Origin: an uncultured candidate division Zixibacteria bacterium
Lineage (GTDB): Bacteria > Zixibacteria > MSB-5A5 > UBA10806
Length of the DNA stretch: 64,000 nt
Reading direction: 5' to 3'
NCBI GenBank assembly: GCA_963801605.1
Contig: CAWDFP010000011.1
Location: 96,001 to 160,000 of the forward strand
Shown: positions 11,549-22,277 of the stretch, piece after piece
Position numbering within the stretch: position 1 is the first letter of the stretch
Layout of the letters: each line of letters opens with the position of its first letter
The notes under the pieces: model-generated
What the model was told of the DNA's origin: nothing
Database searches by the model: none
The model's input: only the letters and a program-made list of their open reading frames with translations
Made by a program: the position numbers and the translations under genes

Positions 11549-12352
11549 CTATACTGTTTTCCTGGCCCTCAGACTAAACATCAGCGGCAATTTCCCTCGA
11601 AGATGGGGCAGCACCCACCAGCCATCCTGATCCTTTTCCATATCGGGAAAATATTTGCTGAATACCTTGTCGTATTCATTGAAAAATTCGATTGTCAATC
11701 CGGCGGAGATGAGCGAGTTAATAATATCGGAGATCGTCCAGCGCCATTCATATGATGGATTTTCCTGCAAATGTGTCGGATCGGAATAATCGGGGGCGTG
11801 GTCATCCCATATTATAGGCTCGTCTTTGTGAAAATAGTCGATCGTAATAGCCAACGGCCCAGGTTTGGTATCGTCGAAAATATTGATTATCGGATGCGAT
11901 TCCATCAAATACAACATTCCGCCCGGCTTGAGATAGCGGCCTATAATTTCTCCCCAGCGTTTAATATCTTTTAGCCAGCAAAGGACGCCCATGGTGGTAT
12001 AGACCACATCGAATTTCTCATCGAGTTTGCTTTCAAGGTCATAAATATTGGAGAGAATGAATCTGGCCGGAATGCCGGTAACATCCACAAGTTGCCTGGC
12101 ATTAATAATTGCCCGTTCGGAGAAATCAACGCCGGTCACAATTGCGCCCTCGCGGGCCAGCGACAGCGTATCGAGTCCAAAATGGCATTGCAGATGCAAG
12201 AGCGATTTCCCCTTGATATCTCCCAGTTCGCGAAGCTGAATCTCATCGAGCGTCGTTTCCCCGGCCAGGAATTTATCGACACCATACGATTTGATATGCA
12301 CGTCGGTAAGTTCATTCCATAATATTCTATTGCCATCTTCATAATTAATCAT
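11549..12352 (-). CDS. Class I SAM-dependent methyltransferase
   Basis: LLHLQCHFGLDTLSLAREGA.VTGVDFS; LKPGG. Confidence 0.9.
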   Translation of the reverse strand: MINYEDGNRILWNELTDVHIKSYGVDKFLAGETTLDEIQLRELGDIKGKSLLHLQCHFGLDTLSLAREGAIVTGVDFSERAIINARQLVDVTGIPARFILSNIYDLESKLDEKFDVVYTTMGVLCWLKDIKRWGEIIGRYLKPGGMLYLMESHPIINIFDDTKPGPLAITIDYFHKDEPIIWDDHAPDYSDPTHLQENPSYEWRWTISDIINSLISAGLTIEFFNEYDKVFSKYFPDMEKDQDGWWVLPHLRGKLPLMFSLRARKTV

Positions 12353-12420
12353 CGCTTGCTCCCGCGTTAAAAATTTCCATGAAATAATAGGATATTAACA
12401 ACGATTTGTCAAAAATAGCT

Positions 12421-12552
12421 GTCATTGCGAAATTCGGGCGCTTCGACCGAATTGAAGCAATCCCCCTGCATAAAGCGTCATTTATTAAATTAGATACCCC
12501 GGCTATATGCGAGGGGATTGCTTCGTCGGTCAAGTGACCTCCTCGCAATGAC
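12421..12552. repeat. ~132-bp CGTC-type palindromic repeat
   Basis: Terminal GTCATTGCGA/TCGCAATGAC and internal GAAGCAATC/GATTGCTTC. Its reverse complement aligns with 38254..38384. Confidence 0.8.
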
Positions 12553-12772
12553 GATCTTACGTGTTGGCGCCTCAGGATGTCACAAAGATTTCCATCCTGA
12601 GGTATAAAACACGCTCCAATTCCGCTCGGAAAAAATCGAGTCTTTTAGACTTGCTTTTCAGGACGTTATAACGTAATTTTTTGCCTTGTGAATAACGGGC
12701 GACGGTCCGCCGCTTGCCTTTATGGTTTCGATTATCGTTTTTGGGCCGTCGATGGTGACATTAAACTAAGAG

Positions 12773-14645
12773 GTGCCAATGGCCTCCGACCTGTACAATG
12801 AGACTGCGTATCGGCAATTTGTCGAGAACGTAAGGCCAACTTTCAAAGGCAGTAATATAGAAGAATATTCGATGCGCAAGCTGCGCGCTCTGTCGATCAA
12901 AACCGGCACAAAAACCATATTCGGCTCGTGGGGCTGGCGCAGCGCCGTTTCCAGCCGTATCGGCCCGCGGACAGTTTATCTCGGCTCGCCGTCGGTGCGG
13001 CTGCCCAAGCTGACCGATCTGATGCGCGGCTTTGTCGAAAATGCCCCCGAGGAACTGCATAAAGTGTCTCAGGTGATGCGCGATCTGCCGTTTGTCCATG
13101 TCCGTCGCCAGATGGGCGATAACCCCGAATTCAATCCGATTTGCAATCTGTATATGTCGGTGTCCGATCCCAAGCTTTACCGCACCGCCTACCTGTGGGC
13201 CAACACCATGGGCGATGTCAACCCCAAACGCCCCGGCCCGGAATTCACCATGATCCATATCCCCGAGGAACATCCGATTCGTCAGCAGGTGCTCTCACTT
13301 CCCGAATACAATATGAATATCTGCCTGGGAAGCGACTATGTCGGCGAGGATAAGAAGGGATTCCTTCGGCAGGCGATGTGGGCCGCCGACCAGCGCGGCA
13401 TGCTGGGTCTTCACGCCGGCACCAAAGTTGTCTTCATCAAAGACCCGATATCGGGCAAGCTCAGAAAATTCGGCGTGCTGTTGTTCGGTCTCTCGGCCAC
13501 CGGTAAATCGACCTGGTCATGCCATCAGCTTGGGCTGAACTACAAGGAAGGCGAGATGACCCAGGTCTGCCAGGATGATATCGTTTTCCTGCGCAAGGAT
13601 GGTTCCGCATTCGGCTCCGAGCGCGGCTTCTATGTCAAGACCGATGTCGATGTCAAGCTGCAGGAGGCGATGTATTACGCTCTGATCGATAAGACCGCTC
13701 TGTATGATAATGTCATGATCGATGCCAACGGCCGTCCCGATTTCCTCGATGAGCGTCTCAACGCCAACGGCCGCGCGGTGATCAGAAAAGATAAGGTAGC
13801 CATCAAGGTCGGACGAAAACTGGTTCCGATCGAGTCCGAGAGCATCAATCTGCCGCCGCTCGAGGAGCTCGACGGCCTGGCGTTCGCGTTTATTACGCGC
13901 CGTCATACGATCATGCCGTTTGCGCAGAGGCTGAATCTGGAGCAGGCGGCGTTGGCTTATCTCTGGGGCGAATCGACTCACAGCTACGCTTCCGAGCCGG
14001 CCAAGGCGGGCGAATCGGTCCGCACAGTCGGCACCGATCCGTTTATCATCGGTTCGCGCGGCTTCAAGGTCAACCGCTTCTATGAGATCATCAAGGGTCT
14101 CGATGCCAAGTACCCCGGCAAGCTGATGTTCTTCCAGTACAACACCGGCGGCGTCGGCGAGATTTTGGAACGCACCGAGGTTGGCGGGCAGATCAAGAAG
14201 AATCTGGTGCGCAAGGCGGTGCGAGTGCCAATCGAACTCATGGCGGCGATTGCAGCGCGGCGATCTGCGCGGCACCAATAAGTATCAAGCAGTGCATTTT
14301 CGGCACCGAGGAGGTTATCGAGACCGCGGCGGCGACCTGACCCCGTTTGACCCGCACAAGTTCTATTCGCAGGAGCAGATCGATTTCTATCTGACCGATA
14401 TTGTCAATGGCCGCAAGAAATTCACCGACGAGATCAACGCCGAGGGGCTGAACCCCGATATCCTCAAGGCGGCTGAGAAATCGTTCGCCGATCTCGCCCA
14501 AGGAGAAGCCGAAATTTGTCTCTCCGGGCATGGATCTCGGCAAGGGCGCGACAGAAGCCGGGGATCGACACCTCGCCACCCGCGTTCGATCTTCTCCGAC
14601 CTCCCGCCGGTCACCCGACCGCCGCGACGGTTTGCGGGGAGGTAG
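12773..14645 (+). CDS. pckA: Phosphoenolpyruvate carboxykinase (ATP)-like; C-terminus scrambled by frameshifts
   Basis: YVGEDKKG, GLHAG, LFGLSATGKST P-loop, QDD, GSERGFYVKT, NGRA, YNTG. End coordinate is approximate. Confidence 0.75.
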
Positions 14646-14740
14646 AATAGAATAAGGTTAATAAGCCGCCGGGTTTGAAAGGATTCGGCGGTTTGAATTT
14701 TAGAAACAGTGCCAACTACAAAATGATAAAAGGAATTAGC

Positions 14741-15556
14741 ATGGCTGAAGAGCAAATGCCGCAGACTCTTTATAAGTATATTTCTTGGAATAATGAACAT
14801 CATAGAAAGATTTTAACAGTAAACAAGATATTCTTTAGCTCTGCAATTAGATTTAACGACCCATTTGATAGTTCGCCTGATAGTATACGATTTGAAGATC
14901 TAAGTGAAGATGAGATACTGGAGACTTATCAACAAGGTCTAAACAATATTATTCCCAATATAAGCGATAAGTCTCGAAGGGAATTAGCAGAACAAATAAA
15001 ACAGAATGACGCCGAACTCTATAGAAGAATTATTGCTAATACACGTAAGCGGAATATAGATATGATATATAATGAAGTTGGAATATTCTCAGCTTCAAAA
15101 TTTGACGATAACATCCTTATGTGGGCGCATTACTCGAATTCTCATACCGGAATTTGTATAGGTTTAGATTTTAAAAAGCTTTCAGAATTCTTAATAAGTC
15201 ATTTTCATGCTAATTCACTTACTATTGCCCGTTCAAATGTAACGTATAGAGAAAATATGCCATATATTAAGGCAATTCCTTTAGAAGATGAAAGTGCGGA
15301 AATAATCTTAACAACTAAGGCGAAATTTTGGGAATATGAAGGTGAATGGCGTTTTATTTGTTGGGGAAAAACTGATGTTGAAGTAACATTGCCTGATGGC
15401 ATAATATCTGAGGTTGTTTTTGGATGCAAAACATCGCAAGATCATAAGGTTGAAATAATTAATCATCTTAAAATGAAAAATACCAAAATCAAATTAAAAG
15501 AGGCTTGCCCGAATCCAAGAGAATTTATTCTTGATCTTAAAAACATAAGCTATTGA
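14741..15556 (+). CDS. DUF2971-domain protein (AT-rich)
   Basis: FNDPFD, LMWAHYSNSHTGICIG, TKAKFWEYEGEWR. Confidence 0.85.
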   Translation: MAEEQMPQTLYKYISWNNEHHRKILTVNKIFFSSAIRFNDPFDSSPDSIRFEDLSEDEILETYQQGLNNIIPNISDKSRRELAEQIKQNDAELYRRIIANTRKRNIDMIYNEVGIFSASKFDDNILMWAHYSNSHTGICIGLDFKKLSEFLISHFHANSLTIARSNVTYRENMPYIKAIPLEDESAEIILTTKAKFWEYEGEWRFICWGKTDVEVTLPDGIISEVVFGCKTSQDHKVEIINHLKMKNTKIKLKEACPNPREFILDLKNISY

Positions 15557-15718
15557 AGCGAGAGAGCAGGCCGGGAGGCCTGCCGCCCAAAAAATGCAAT
15601 TTTATGCTTTACATTTGGGATGTGCCTTATTATACTTGTTTCACTGAAACTTGGTGTTGAGAGTGACGAAGTTGTCATTAAAACTAAGTTTAAAGGGCCT
15701 TTAAAGTGGAGGTACAGT

Positions 15719-15967
15719 ATGAAAGGTGATACTACAAAATTCACTAAAACAACGCTTCTATATGACGATCCAAAGGACGGTTTTGCTATCGCAAAAGGAA
15801 TTTGGGATGGCCAAGAAACGGCTATAGGAGCTAGATGGTATGAGGAGGGTGGCCTAGGATATCCTCAGACGTACGGAAAACCCCAATGGTTTATTTTTCC
15901 TCAGAATATTGGAAAGATTATTGAATTTGTGCTATCGATATTAAAAACAGTTAAAAATATGGCATAG
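15719..15967 (+). CDS. Small hypothetical protein (82 aa)
   Basis: GGAGG RBS before ATG 15719; W-D-G...G-A-R-W...G-Y-P...G-K-P-Q-W-F pattern. Confidence 0.65.
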   Translation: MKGDTTKFTKTTLLYDDPKDGFAIAKGIWDGQETAIGARWYEEGGLGYPQTYGKPQWFIFPQNIGKIIEFVLSILKTVKNMA

Positions 15968-16136
15968 TTGCAATATCCCAAGTTTCAGTATTTTTTTCGA
16001 GCCATTAGGAGTCCAATCCTGATGGCTCTTTTGTGTAGCTCTCCAGCTTATCCCTTTGACCCGAATTGGGCCTGGTCGAGCCCAAATAAAAACCGGGGAC
16101 CGCAGGGGTCCCCGGCTACAAAAATACCAATAATTA

Positions 16137-16490
16137 TTAGGCTAAAGGCAACTGTGCTGGAGTCGTAAAATCTCCGACCAAATGGCTTACATAACCTCCT
16201 GCGAAGGATTTAATCGCGACTTTTTTGTCATTATCCAATTGGCTATATTTATATATTAACCAAACAATACCAATTATTACCAGCAAGATAAAAATGCTAT
16301 GCCATATCTTTCGATGAGTGCATGAAGTTGCTGGCTCAAGAATATCAGGCAATATTCCACCAATTAAACCGAGCAAAGCACAAAAACCAATACCTTTACC
16401 ACTAATATTCTCCTTGTTTCTCCTCTGATTCTCCACATAGATTCCGGCTCCCGTAATTGCGCCAAGAGCCAAATGCGTTTTTCCTTTCAT
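16137..16490 (-). CDS. Membrane-bound metal-dependent hydrolase (YdjM/DUF457-like)
   Basis: TH, LPD, HRKIWHS and SHLVGD motifs. Confidence 0.85.
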   Translation of the reverse strand: MKGKTHLALGAITGAGIYVENQRRNKENISGKGIGFCALLGLIGGILPDILEPATSCTHRKIWHSIFILLVIIGIVWLIYKYSQLDNDKKVAIKSFAGGYVSHLVGDFTTPAQLPLA

Positions 16491-16624
16491 TCAATTCCTT
16501 TCTGTTTAATGTTTCTAAATAATACAAATAATGGCGGGCAAAATAATAGGATATCTGAATGGTTGATGTCAATATCAATTTGGATAAATCGTATAAGATA
16601 TTCTATTTCAAGCAGTTCTTAGCC

Positions 16625-16680
16625 GTAGGTCAGGTCGCCTGCGACCTGACTCTTTGATTTAATGTCAGGTGCCAGGGCAC
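16625..16680. repeat. GTAG-type REP doublet, second unit interrupted by the IS
   Basis: GTAG-GTCAGGTCGC-CT-GCGACCTGAC, then GTCAGGTGC-CAGG-GCAC|IS|CTGAC-CTAC. Confidence 0.8.
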
Positions 16681-16746
16681 TGAGCTTTACCTGATAAACT
16701 GGACACCAAACTAAGCCTAGTTTATAATTAGGCGGGAGGTGTCAAG

Positions 16747-17052
16747 ATGAAGGGGATTCGGCGGCAATATGATCGGGCCTTTAAGCTTTCGGCGGTGAGG
16801 CTTCTATTAAGTTCGGATAAGCCACTGATACAGGTCGCCAGGGGGCTTGGTATCTCTGGTAGCATGCTTCGCAGATGGCGGGAGCAGGTCCAGGAGCGTG
16901 GAGGAGAAGCATTCTCTGAGTCAGGCCGAATGGAGCGAAGGGAGATATTGCGTCTTCAGCGGGAGAATCGGGAGCTTCGCCGGGAGAATGAGATTCTAAA
17001 AAAAACTCTGGGCTTCGAGAAGCCGGCAAAAGGGAGAGGTACCGGGCAATAG
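16747..17052 (+). CDS. IS3 OrfA (HTH plus leucine zipper)
   Basis: RRQYDRAFKLSAV...VARGLGIS..LRRW; LQRENRELRRENEILKK. Confidence 0.92.
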   Translation: MKGIRRQYDRAFKLSAVRLLLSSDKPLIQVARGLGISGSMLRRWREQVQERGGEAFSESGRMERREILRLQRENRELRRENEILKKTLGFEKPAKGRGTGQ

Positions 17053-17897
17053 CGGCCCAGGCGGGTGAATATTCGGTTCGGGAGTTGTGCAGTCATTTAG
17101 GTGTATCCGCCAGTGGTTATTATGGCTGGCTGAGGGGTGGGACAAGCAGGCGACAGCGGGAGAACGAGGGGCTTTTGAAAGCGATCAGGGAGATTCACAA
17201 ATCAGTTCGAGAGACATATGGCAGTCCTCGGATGAGGGCGGAGCTTCTCTCCCGGGGCTACTTATGCGGGCACAACCGGGTGGCTAGACTCATGAGCGAG
17301 GGTGGTATTATATCCAGAATGACGCTACGCTTTAGACGGCTTACCAAGGCCGGGAAGAGGCGTCCTGCGGCACCCAATCTTTTAGACAGGAAGTTTGCAG
17401 TTGCCACGGCCAACTCTGTCTGGGCTTCGGATATTACCTACATTCCCACTTCCGAGGGGTTTTTATACTTGGCGGTAGTAATGGATCTGTACAGCCGAAC
17501 AGTGGTTGGTTGGGGGATGTCATCGAGGCTGACGCCTGACCTAGTTGCATCTGCTTTACGACAGGCCATAGATAAGCGAGAGATTAAACCGGGGCTCGTG
17601 CATCACAGTGATCGGGACATGCTCTACTCCAGCTACCTCTATCAGGGTCTTCTCTCAGACAATGAGATTACCTGTAGTATGAGCCGCAAGGGCAATTGTT
17701 ATGATAATGCGGTGGTGGAATCGTTCTTTGGGAGCCTAAAGAATGAGTTTTGCGCTTTCGAGCACTTTGAAAGCCGAAACGAAGCCACCATAAGGATATT
17801 TGAGTGGATTGAAGCGTTTTACAATAGAGTCAGACGCCATTCAACATTGGGATATTTAAGCCCGTTTGACTACGAGAGCAAAAACGCTTATGCTTAA
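16998..17897 (+). CDS. IS3 OrfB (DDE transposase), joined to OrfA by -1 frameshift at the A8 run 16998-17005
   Basis: The -1 frame is open from the A run onward; YGSPR, WASDITY, HHSD, CYDNAVVESFF, FYNRVRRHSTLGY. Confidence 0.92.
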   Translation, partial: KKNSGLREAGKRERYRAIAAQAGEYSVRELCSHLGVSASGYYGWLRGGTSRRQRENEGLLKAIREIHKSVRETYGSPRMRAELLSRGYLCGHNRVARLMSEGGIISRMTLRFRRLTKAGKRRPAAPNLLDRKFAVATANSVWASDITYIPTSEGFLYLAVVMDLYSRTVVGWGMSSRLTPDLVASALRQAIDKREIKPGLVHHSDRDMLYSSYLYQGLLSDNEITCSMSRKGNCYDNAVVESFFGSLKNEFCAFEHFESRNEATIRIFEWIEAFYNRVRRHSTLGYLSPFDYESKNAYA

Positions 17898-18107
17898 AAC
17901 AGTGTCCAGTAAATCGGGTAAACATCACACCTGACCTACGGGGTTTTGCGATTTGGTTAGCGATCAGGTTCGGGGACCTGACGCCACAACAGGGGACCTG
18001 GCACCACATAAAAAATAACTGGCTATAATCCTGTATCATTTACTATACTGCCGGTCATTAAAGTAACCGGGGGAATACCGGATAAGATTCAAACTTAGGA
18101 GGACTAC

Positions 18108-18774
18108 ATGAAAAACACGATTAAGATTCTAATTCCACTTGCATTGATTGCAACGATTTTTGCCTGCAGCAAAGACAAAACCAACAACTCTACGCCCCCC
18201 CAGCAACACATTTCGCATTGTCACCACGGTCACCGGTGTCGGCCTTGACAGCACCCTGAGCGGGTCGGCCACGTTCACTGTGACCAACAACACAACTGTG
18301 GCAGGCTTATTCCGAATCGTCACTCCGGATACGGCGTCTCATAACCTCGTTGGCACCTATATCGATACCCTCGGTGTCAATATCTTAGCGGCGTCGGGCG
18401 GCGGCTACAATTTCAGCGGCTATGTGAACGATACGACCGGGCAATTCCGGGGCGTAGCATCGGGCGCGGCCAACGCTCTGGTTATAGGAGCCCGCGACGA
18501 TGACAACACATCAATAGCTTATTGCGGCACCTTCACCGGCACTGACCACGGCACCTGGAATTTTACAGTCGAGGGCAACTCGGTTTGGGGTTCGTATTCG
18601 CCTGTTGGCGGCGATGGTGGAATACTTGAGGGAACGATTACCGGAAACGTCATTACGCTCAATGAGGACGGTGTGCAAGTCGCCACCGGCACCAAAAGCG
18701 GCGATAATGTCACCGGCACCTGGAACAACGGCAATGGCGGCAGCGGCGCCTGGACCGGTTCGCGCTGTAACTAA
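18108..18774 (+). CDS. Putative lipoprotein (Gly/Thr-rich, beta); frameshift at the C run near 18200
   Basis: AGGAGG RBS; MKNTIKILIPLALIATIFAC lipobox joins ORF 18148..18774. Confidence 0.7.
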
Positions 18775-18868
18775 ATTAATTTTAACCTAAGCATTTACGG
18801 CAGGTTTCAGATCATTTTGATCAAAGCCTGCCGTTTTTGTTGGGTAGGCGAGGCTGTCAGCTAGTTAT

Positions 18869-19003
18869 GTCGGGTTTCTCGTCCAAGGGACTCCGAACCC
18901 GACCTACATCCCACTTTTCAGTTGGCGCACGGGGACGTACGCCAACCACAATACATAAAAGTTCCGTCAGGTCTTAGACGCCGAAGGAGACGTGACCTGA
19001 CGG
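18869..19003. repeat. Cluster of REP-like palindromes
   Basis: GTCGGGTT...AACCCGAC-CTAC (18869-18907), GTTGGCG...CGCCAAC, CCGTCAGGTC...GACCTGACGG. Confidence 0.7.
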
Positions 19004-19092
19004 ATTTGCCGTTAAAAAAAACCGAGGTCCCAATCGAACCCCGGTTATGATTCTGTGGGACTTCGAACTGCCACATTTCGCATTTCCAACTC

Positions 19093-20178
19093 TTAGGGTA
19101 TTCTGTATACCATCGAATTAATATTCATCCCCGCCCCGACCGAGGCGAAGACGATAATATTGCCGCTGTGCAGGGGATGATCGTGCATCTTGCCCTTAGT
19201 CATCATATCGAGCAGCGTGGGCAGGGTGGCCACCGAGCTGTTGCCCAGACGGGAGATGATCATCGGCATGATATGCACCGGGGCGCTGTCGTCGCTGTAT
19301 TTGCTGTAGATGCGACGTAAAATTGCCTCATCCATCTTGGCGTTCGCCTGATGAATCAGAATCTTATCGACATCACCAAGCGCTACGCCAGCCTTATCCA
19401 GGCTCTCTTTCACCACCGATGGCACCGTGCTGATCGCATACTGGTACAGCTTGTGGCCGTCCATCTTGAGATAGATATTATCATCATTGGATTCGGGATT
19501 ATAGCTCTTAGCCATCCATAGCATAAAGGCGTGATCGAGGGTATCGGACCTGGTGACATGCGAAAGCACCCCTACGGGCTGGGAGCTTGTCCTGGCCTCC
19601 AATATCGCGGCGCCGGCGCCGTCAGCGTAGATCATGCTGTCGCGGTCGTGAGGATCGGATACCCGCGAGAGAGCCTCCGAGCCAATCACCAGCGCCTTTT
19701 TGGCGTCACCGGATTTGAGATAGTAATCGGCCTGGATCATGGCCTGCAGCCAGCCGGGGCATCCAAACGGGAGATCGTAGGCAACCGTTTTAGGGTTTTC
19801 GATGCGGAGCTTATGTTTGACTCGCGCAGCCAGGCTGGGAACGAAATCGGATCGTCTATTGGATGCTTTAACATCGCCGAAATTATGAGCGACTATTAAA
19901 TAGTCGAGACTTTCTTTGTCTGTTTTCGATGATTCCAAGGCGTCACAAGCCGCCATATAGGCCATATCGGATGTGACCAGATCATCGGTGATAAATCTGC
20001 GCTCGATTATGCCGGTTATTTCCTCGAGCTTTTCGATTATCTCGGTGTTCGATTTATCGAATTTCTTGCCGTCCGGATCATAAAACTCGCGGCTTTCGAA
20101 ACTTTCATTCGGAATTTCCCTGGCAGGTATATAGCTGCCCGTACCGGTAATAATGGAGCGAATCTGATTATCAGTCAT
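19093..20178 (-). CDS. 3-oxoacyl-ACP synthase III family protein (second FabH-like copy)
   Basis: Cys-His-Asn triad in FGCPGW, IHQAN and LGNSS; ADGAGA. Confidence 0.9.
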   Translation of the reverse strand: MTDNQIRSIITGTGSYIPAREIPNESFESREFYDPDGKKFDKSNTEIIEKLEEITGIIERRFITDDLVTSDMAYMAACDALESSKTDKESLDYLIVAHNFGDVKASNRRSDFVPSLAARVKHKLRIENPKTVAYDLPFGCPGWLQAMIQADYYLKSGDAKKALVIGSEALSRVSDPHDRDSMIYADGAGAAILEARTSSQPVGVLSHVTRSDTLDHAFMLWMAKSYNPESNDDNIYLKMDGHKLYQYAISTVPSVVKESLDKAGVALGDVDKILIHQANAKMDEAILRRIYSKYSDDSAPVHIMPMIISRLGNSSVATLPTLLDMMTKGKMHDHPLHSGNIIVFASVGAGMNINSMVYRIP

Positions 20179-20420
20179 GAATAATTATCCCTTTAACTCT
20201 TGATGTGGATATCCCACCATACAAACCAAACGACCGTTATAAATATTAATAAAGTAGCTCCCATAATTCAAGTGATTAATGTTTGATGGACAACAGACAT
20301 TATCATAAAAATCTTATTAAAAACGGAATATCTTTTGGACGGATATCTTGCGAATGCTTTTTTAATCACAAAAAAGCCGGGGACCATGATAGTCCCCGGC
20401 CGGAGCACAAACCCCAATTA

Positions 20421-21278
20421 TCAGGACAAACTGAGCGTTTCAAACTCGGTATTTATGGCATCATGCTCTCTTATAGTGAGAGTCTTGCCGGGCTGCGAGA
20501 GCATCAGTTCGGGCATAGTAATCGCCGAAAGATCGGTGATCTGCGCGGGGGCAACATTATCGCCTGTAGTCCCGCTGGGAACATTAGACAGGCCCGACCA
20601 GTTGGGCACCTCATCGGCGGTCTTCATCGCAAAATAGTAGGTTCGATTCGATTGCAGACCGGTTACTATGAACGTCTGCTGAGTGCCGGCAATCTGAGGC
20701 GTTGGTTCGCCGGTGCACTGAGTTGCCGAGGACCAGTTGGCATCAGTTATCGGCGACGTTGAATATCTGATATCATACTGGCTGGCAGTACCGGAACCGC
20801 TGTCGTCACCCGGAGCAGTCCATGTCAATCTAAGGGAGCTGCTGGTAGGATTTGAGGTGATTAGATCGGCAATATTGCGTGGAGGAATCGATTCGGGCGC
20901 TGTAATGCCGGTAGCGATATTGGAAAGGGGCGACCAGTTCGGAACTTCATCGCCGGTTTTTATGGCAAAATAGTACCTGGTAGCGGATTGTAGGCCTGTC
21001 ACGGTATATGTTTGGGCAGATCCGGCTGCTAATGGCGTCGGTTCGCCGGTTACCTGAGTTGCCGATGGCCAGTTGGCATCGGTGATAGTCGATGTCGAAT
21101 ACCTGATATCGTACTGGCTTGCCGTTCCGGACGTACTGTCATCGCCCGGCGCGGTCCAATGCAATCTTATCGTACTCGAAGTTGAATCGCTGGCAATAAC
21201 TCCGGCTTTAGCTGCCGGCATTAATGCAACAATGAATGCCAAAATACTTGCCATCCTCGCAAAGTAATTCTTTTTCAT
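20421..21278 (-). CDS. Secreted protein with two tandem fibronectin type III domains
   Basis: GAGGAG RBS and signal peptide; two near-identical WTAPGDD...YDIRYSTS...YYFA.KT.DEVPNWS units. Confidence 0.85.
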   Translation of the reverse strand: MKKNYFARMASILAFIVALMPAAKAGVIASDSTSSTIRLHWTAPGDDSTSGTASQYDIRYSTSTITDANWPSATQVTGEPTPLAAGSAQTYTVTGLQSATRYYFAIKTGDEVPNWSPLSNIATGITAPESIPPRNIADLITSNPTSSSLRLTWTAPGDDSGSGTASQYDIRYSTSPITDANWSSATQCTGEPTPQIAGTQQTFIVTGLQSNRTYYFAMKTADEVPNWSGLSNVPSGTTGDNVAPAQITDLSAITMPELMLSQPGKTLTIREHDAINTEFETLSLS

Positions 21279-21755
21279 TTTACTCCTCGCTCTCATCATA
21301 ATGTTGCTTGCTAGATTTCCTGCGTTCACACTCTCCGCAGTAAACCTATGCAAAAACCAAACCAAGCCAATATAAATAAATTATGTTATATAAATCAAAG
21401 AGTTATATAAATGGAATATAAATATATTCTGGGACTAAGGCCTCAAAACTTGTGCTATTATTGGAATTTGTTCACTAATTAATCAGGATAATTATGACAT
21501 TTAAAGCCTGACAGGCGTCATAAGTTTAAGTCTATTAGAATATTGTAGAATTTGTTTGAAATGGCGAATCAGCACTCTATTCGCAAAATAGTGACTAACG
21601 ATTCAGACTGAAACAATATGGGTCGATTAAATATTTGTTAATATAGTGTAACTTATCCGAAATAATTAGAGTTTATTGATATTAGTAGAAACAAATGTTA
21701 CTACTAACGATATACATGAAAAGATAAGCGAAATTTGGATTTATATGGGGGCTCA

Positions 21756-22277
21756 ATGAAACCGGTTGAAATTCTATTAGTCGAGGATGATCCGGGTGAC
21801 GTTAGATTAACCGCCGAGGCATTGAAGGAAAGCGGGTTTCCGTTTCATCTCAGCGTTGCCAATGACGGTGATGATGCGCTCAATCGACTTTATAAAGTTG
21901 GCAAATATTCAAATCAACCAACTCCCGAATTGGTTTTACTCGATCTCAACCTTCCGACACTGAGCGGTAAGGAAGTTTTAAAAATAATCAAACACGATAA
22001 CATCCTAAGCCAGATTCCGATCATTGTCCTGACAACGTCCAAAGACGAAGACGATATTAATGCCTCATACAATCTTCATGCCAACTCCTATATAACCAAA
22101 CCGACAGATCTGGATCGGTTTATTGAAATCATCAAGATGACCGAAAACTACTGGGTTAATATCGCCAGGCTGCCGTCGAAAGCCGCAAATAACGAATCGA
22201 ATCAAATCGAGGTTAAAAAAGATGAACTGCCGAAAGGGTCGGTCAAAGTAACTGCCGGACCCGATCGACATAATTGA
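21756..22277 (+). CDS. Single-domain response regulator (Rcp1-like)
   Basis: ILLVEDD, LLDLNLP, VLTTS, ANSYITKP. Confidence 0.9.
   Translation: MKPVEILLVEDDPGDVRLTAEALKESGFPFHLSVANDGDDALNRLYKVGKYSNQPTPELVLLDLNLPTLSGKEVLKIIKHDNILSQIPIIVLTTSKDEDDINASYNLHANSYITKPTDLDRFIEIIKMTENYWVNIARLPSKAANNESNQIEVKKDELPKGSVKVTAGPDRHN

Larger units (their letters stand above)
16681..17927 (+). mobile_element. IS3-family insertion sequence, 1247 bp
   Basis: TG...CA ends; 26-bp terminal IRs matching at 21 positions (TGAGCTTTACCTGATAAACTGGACAC vs TGATGTTTACCCGATTTACTGGACAC); CAC duplicated at 16678-16680 and 17928-17930. Confidence 0.95.
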
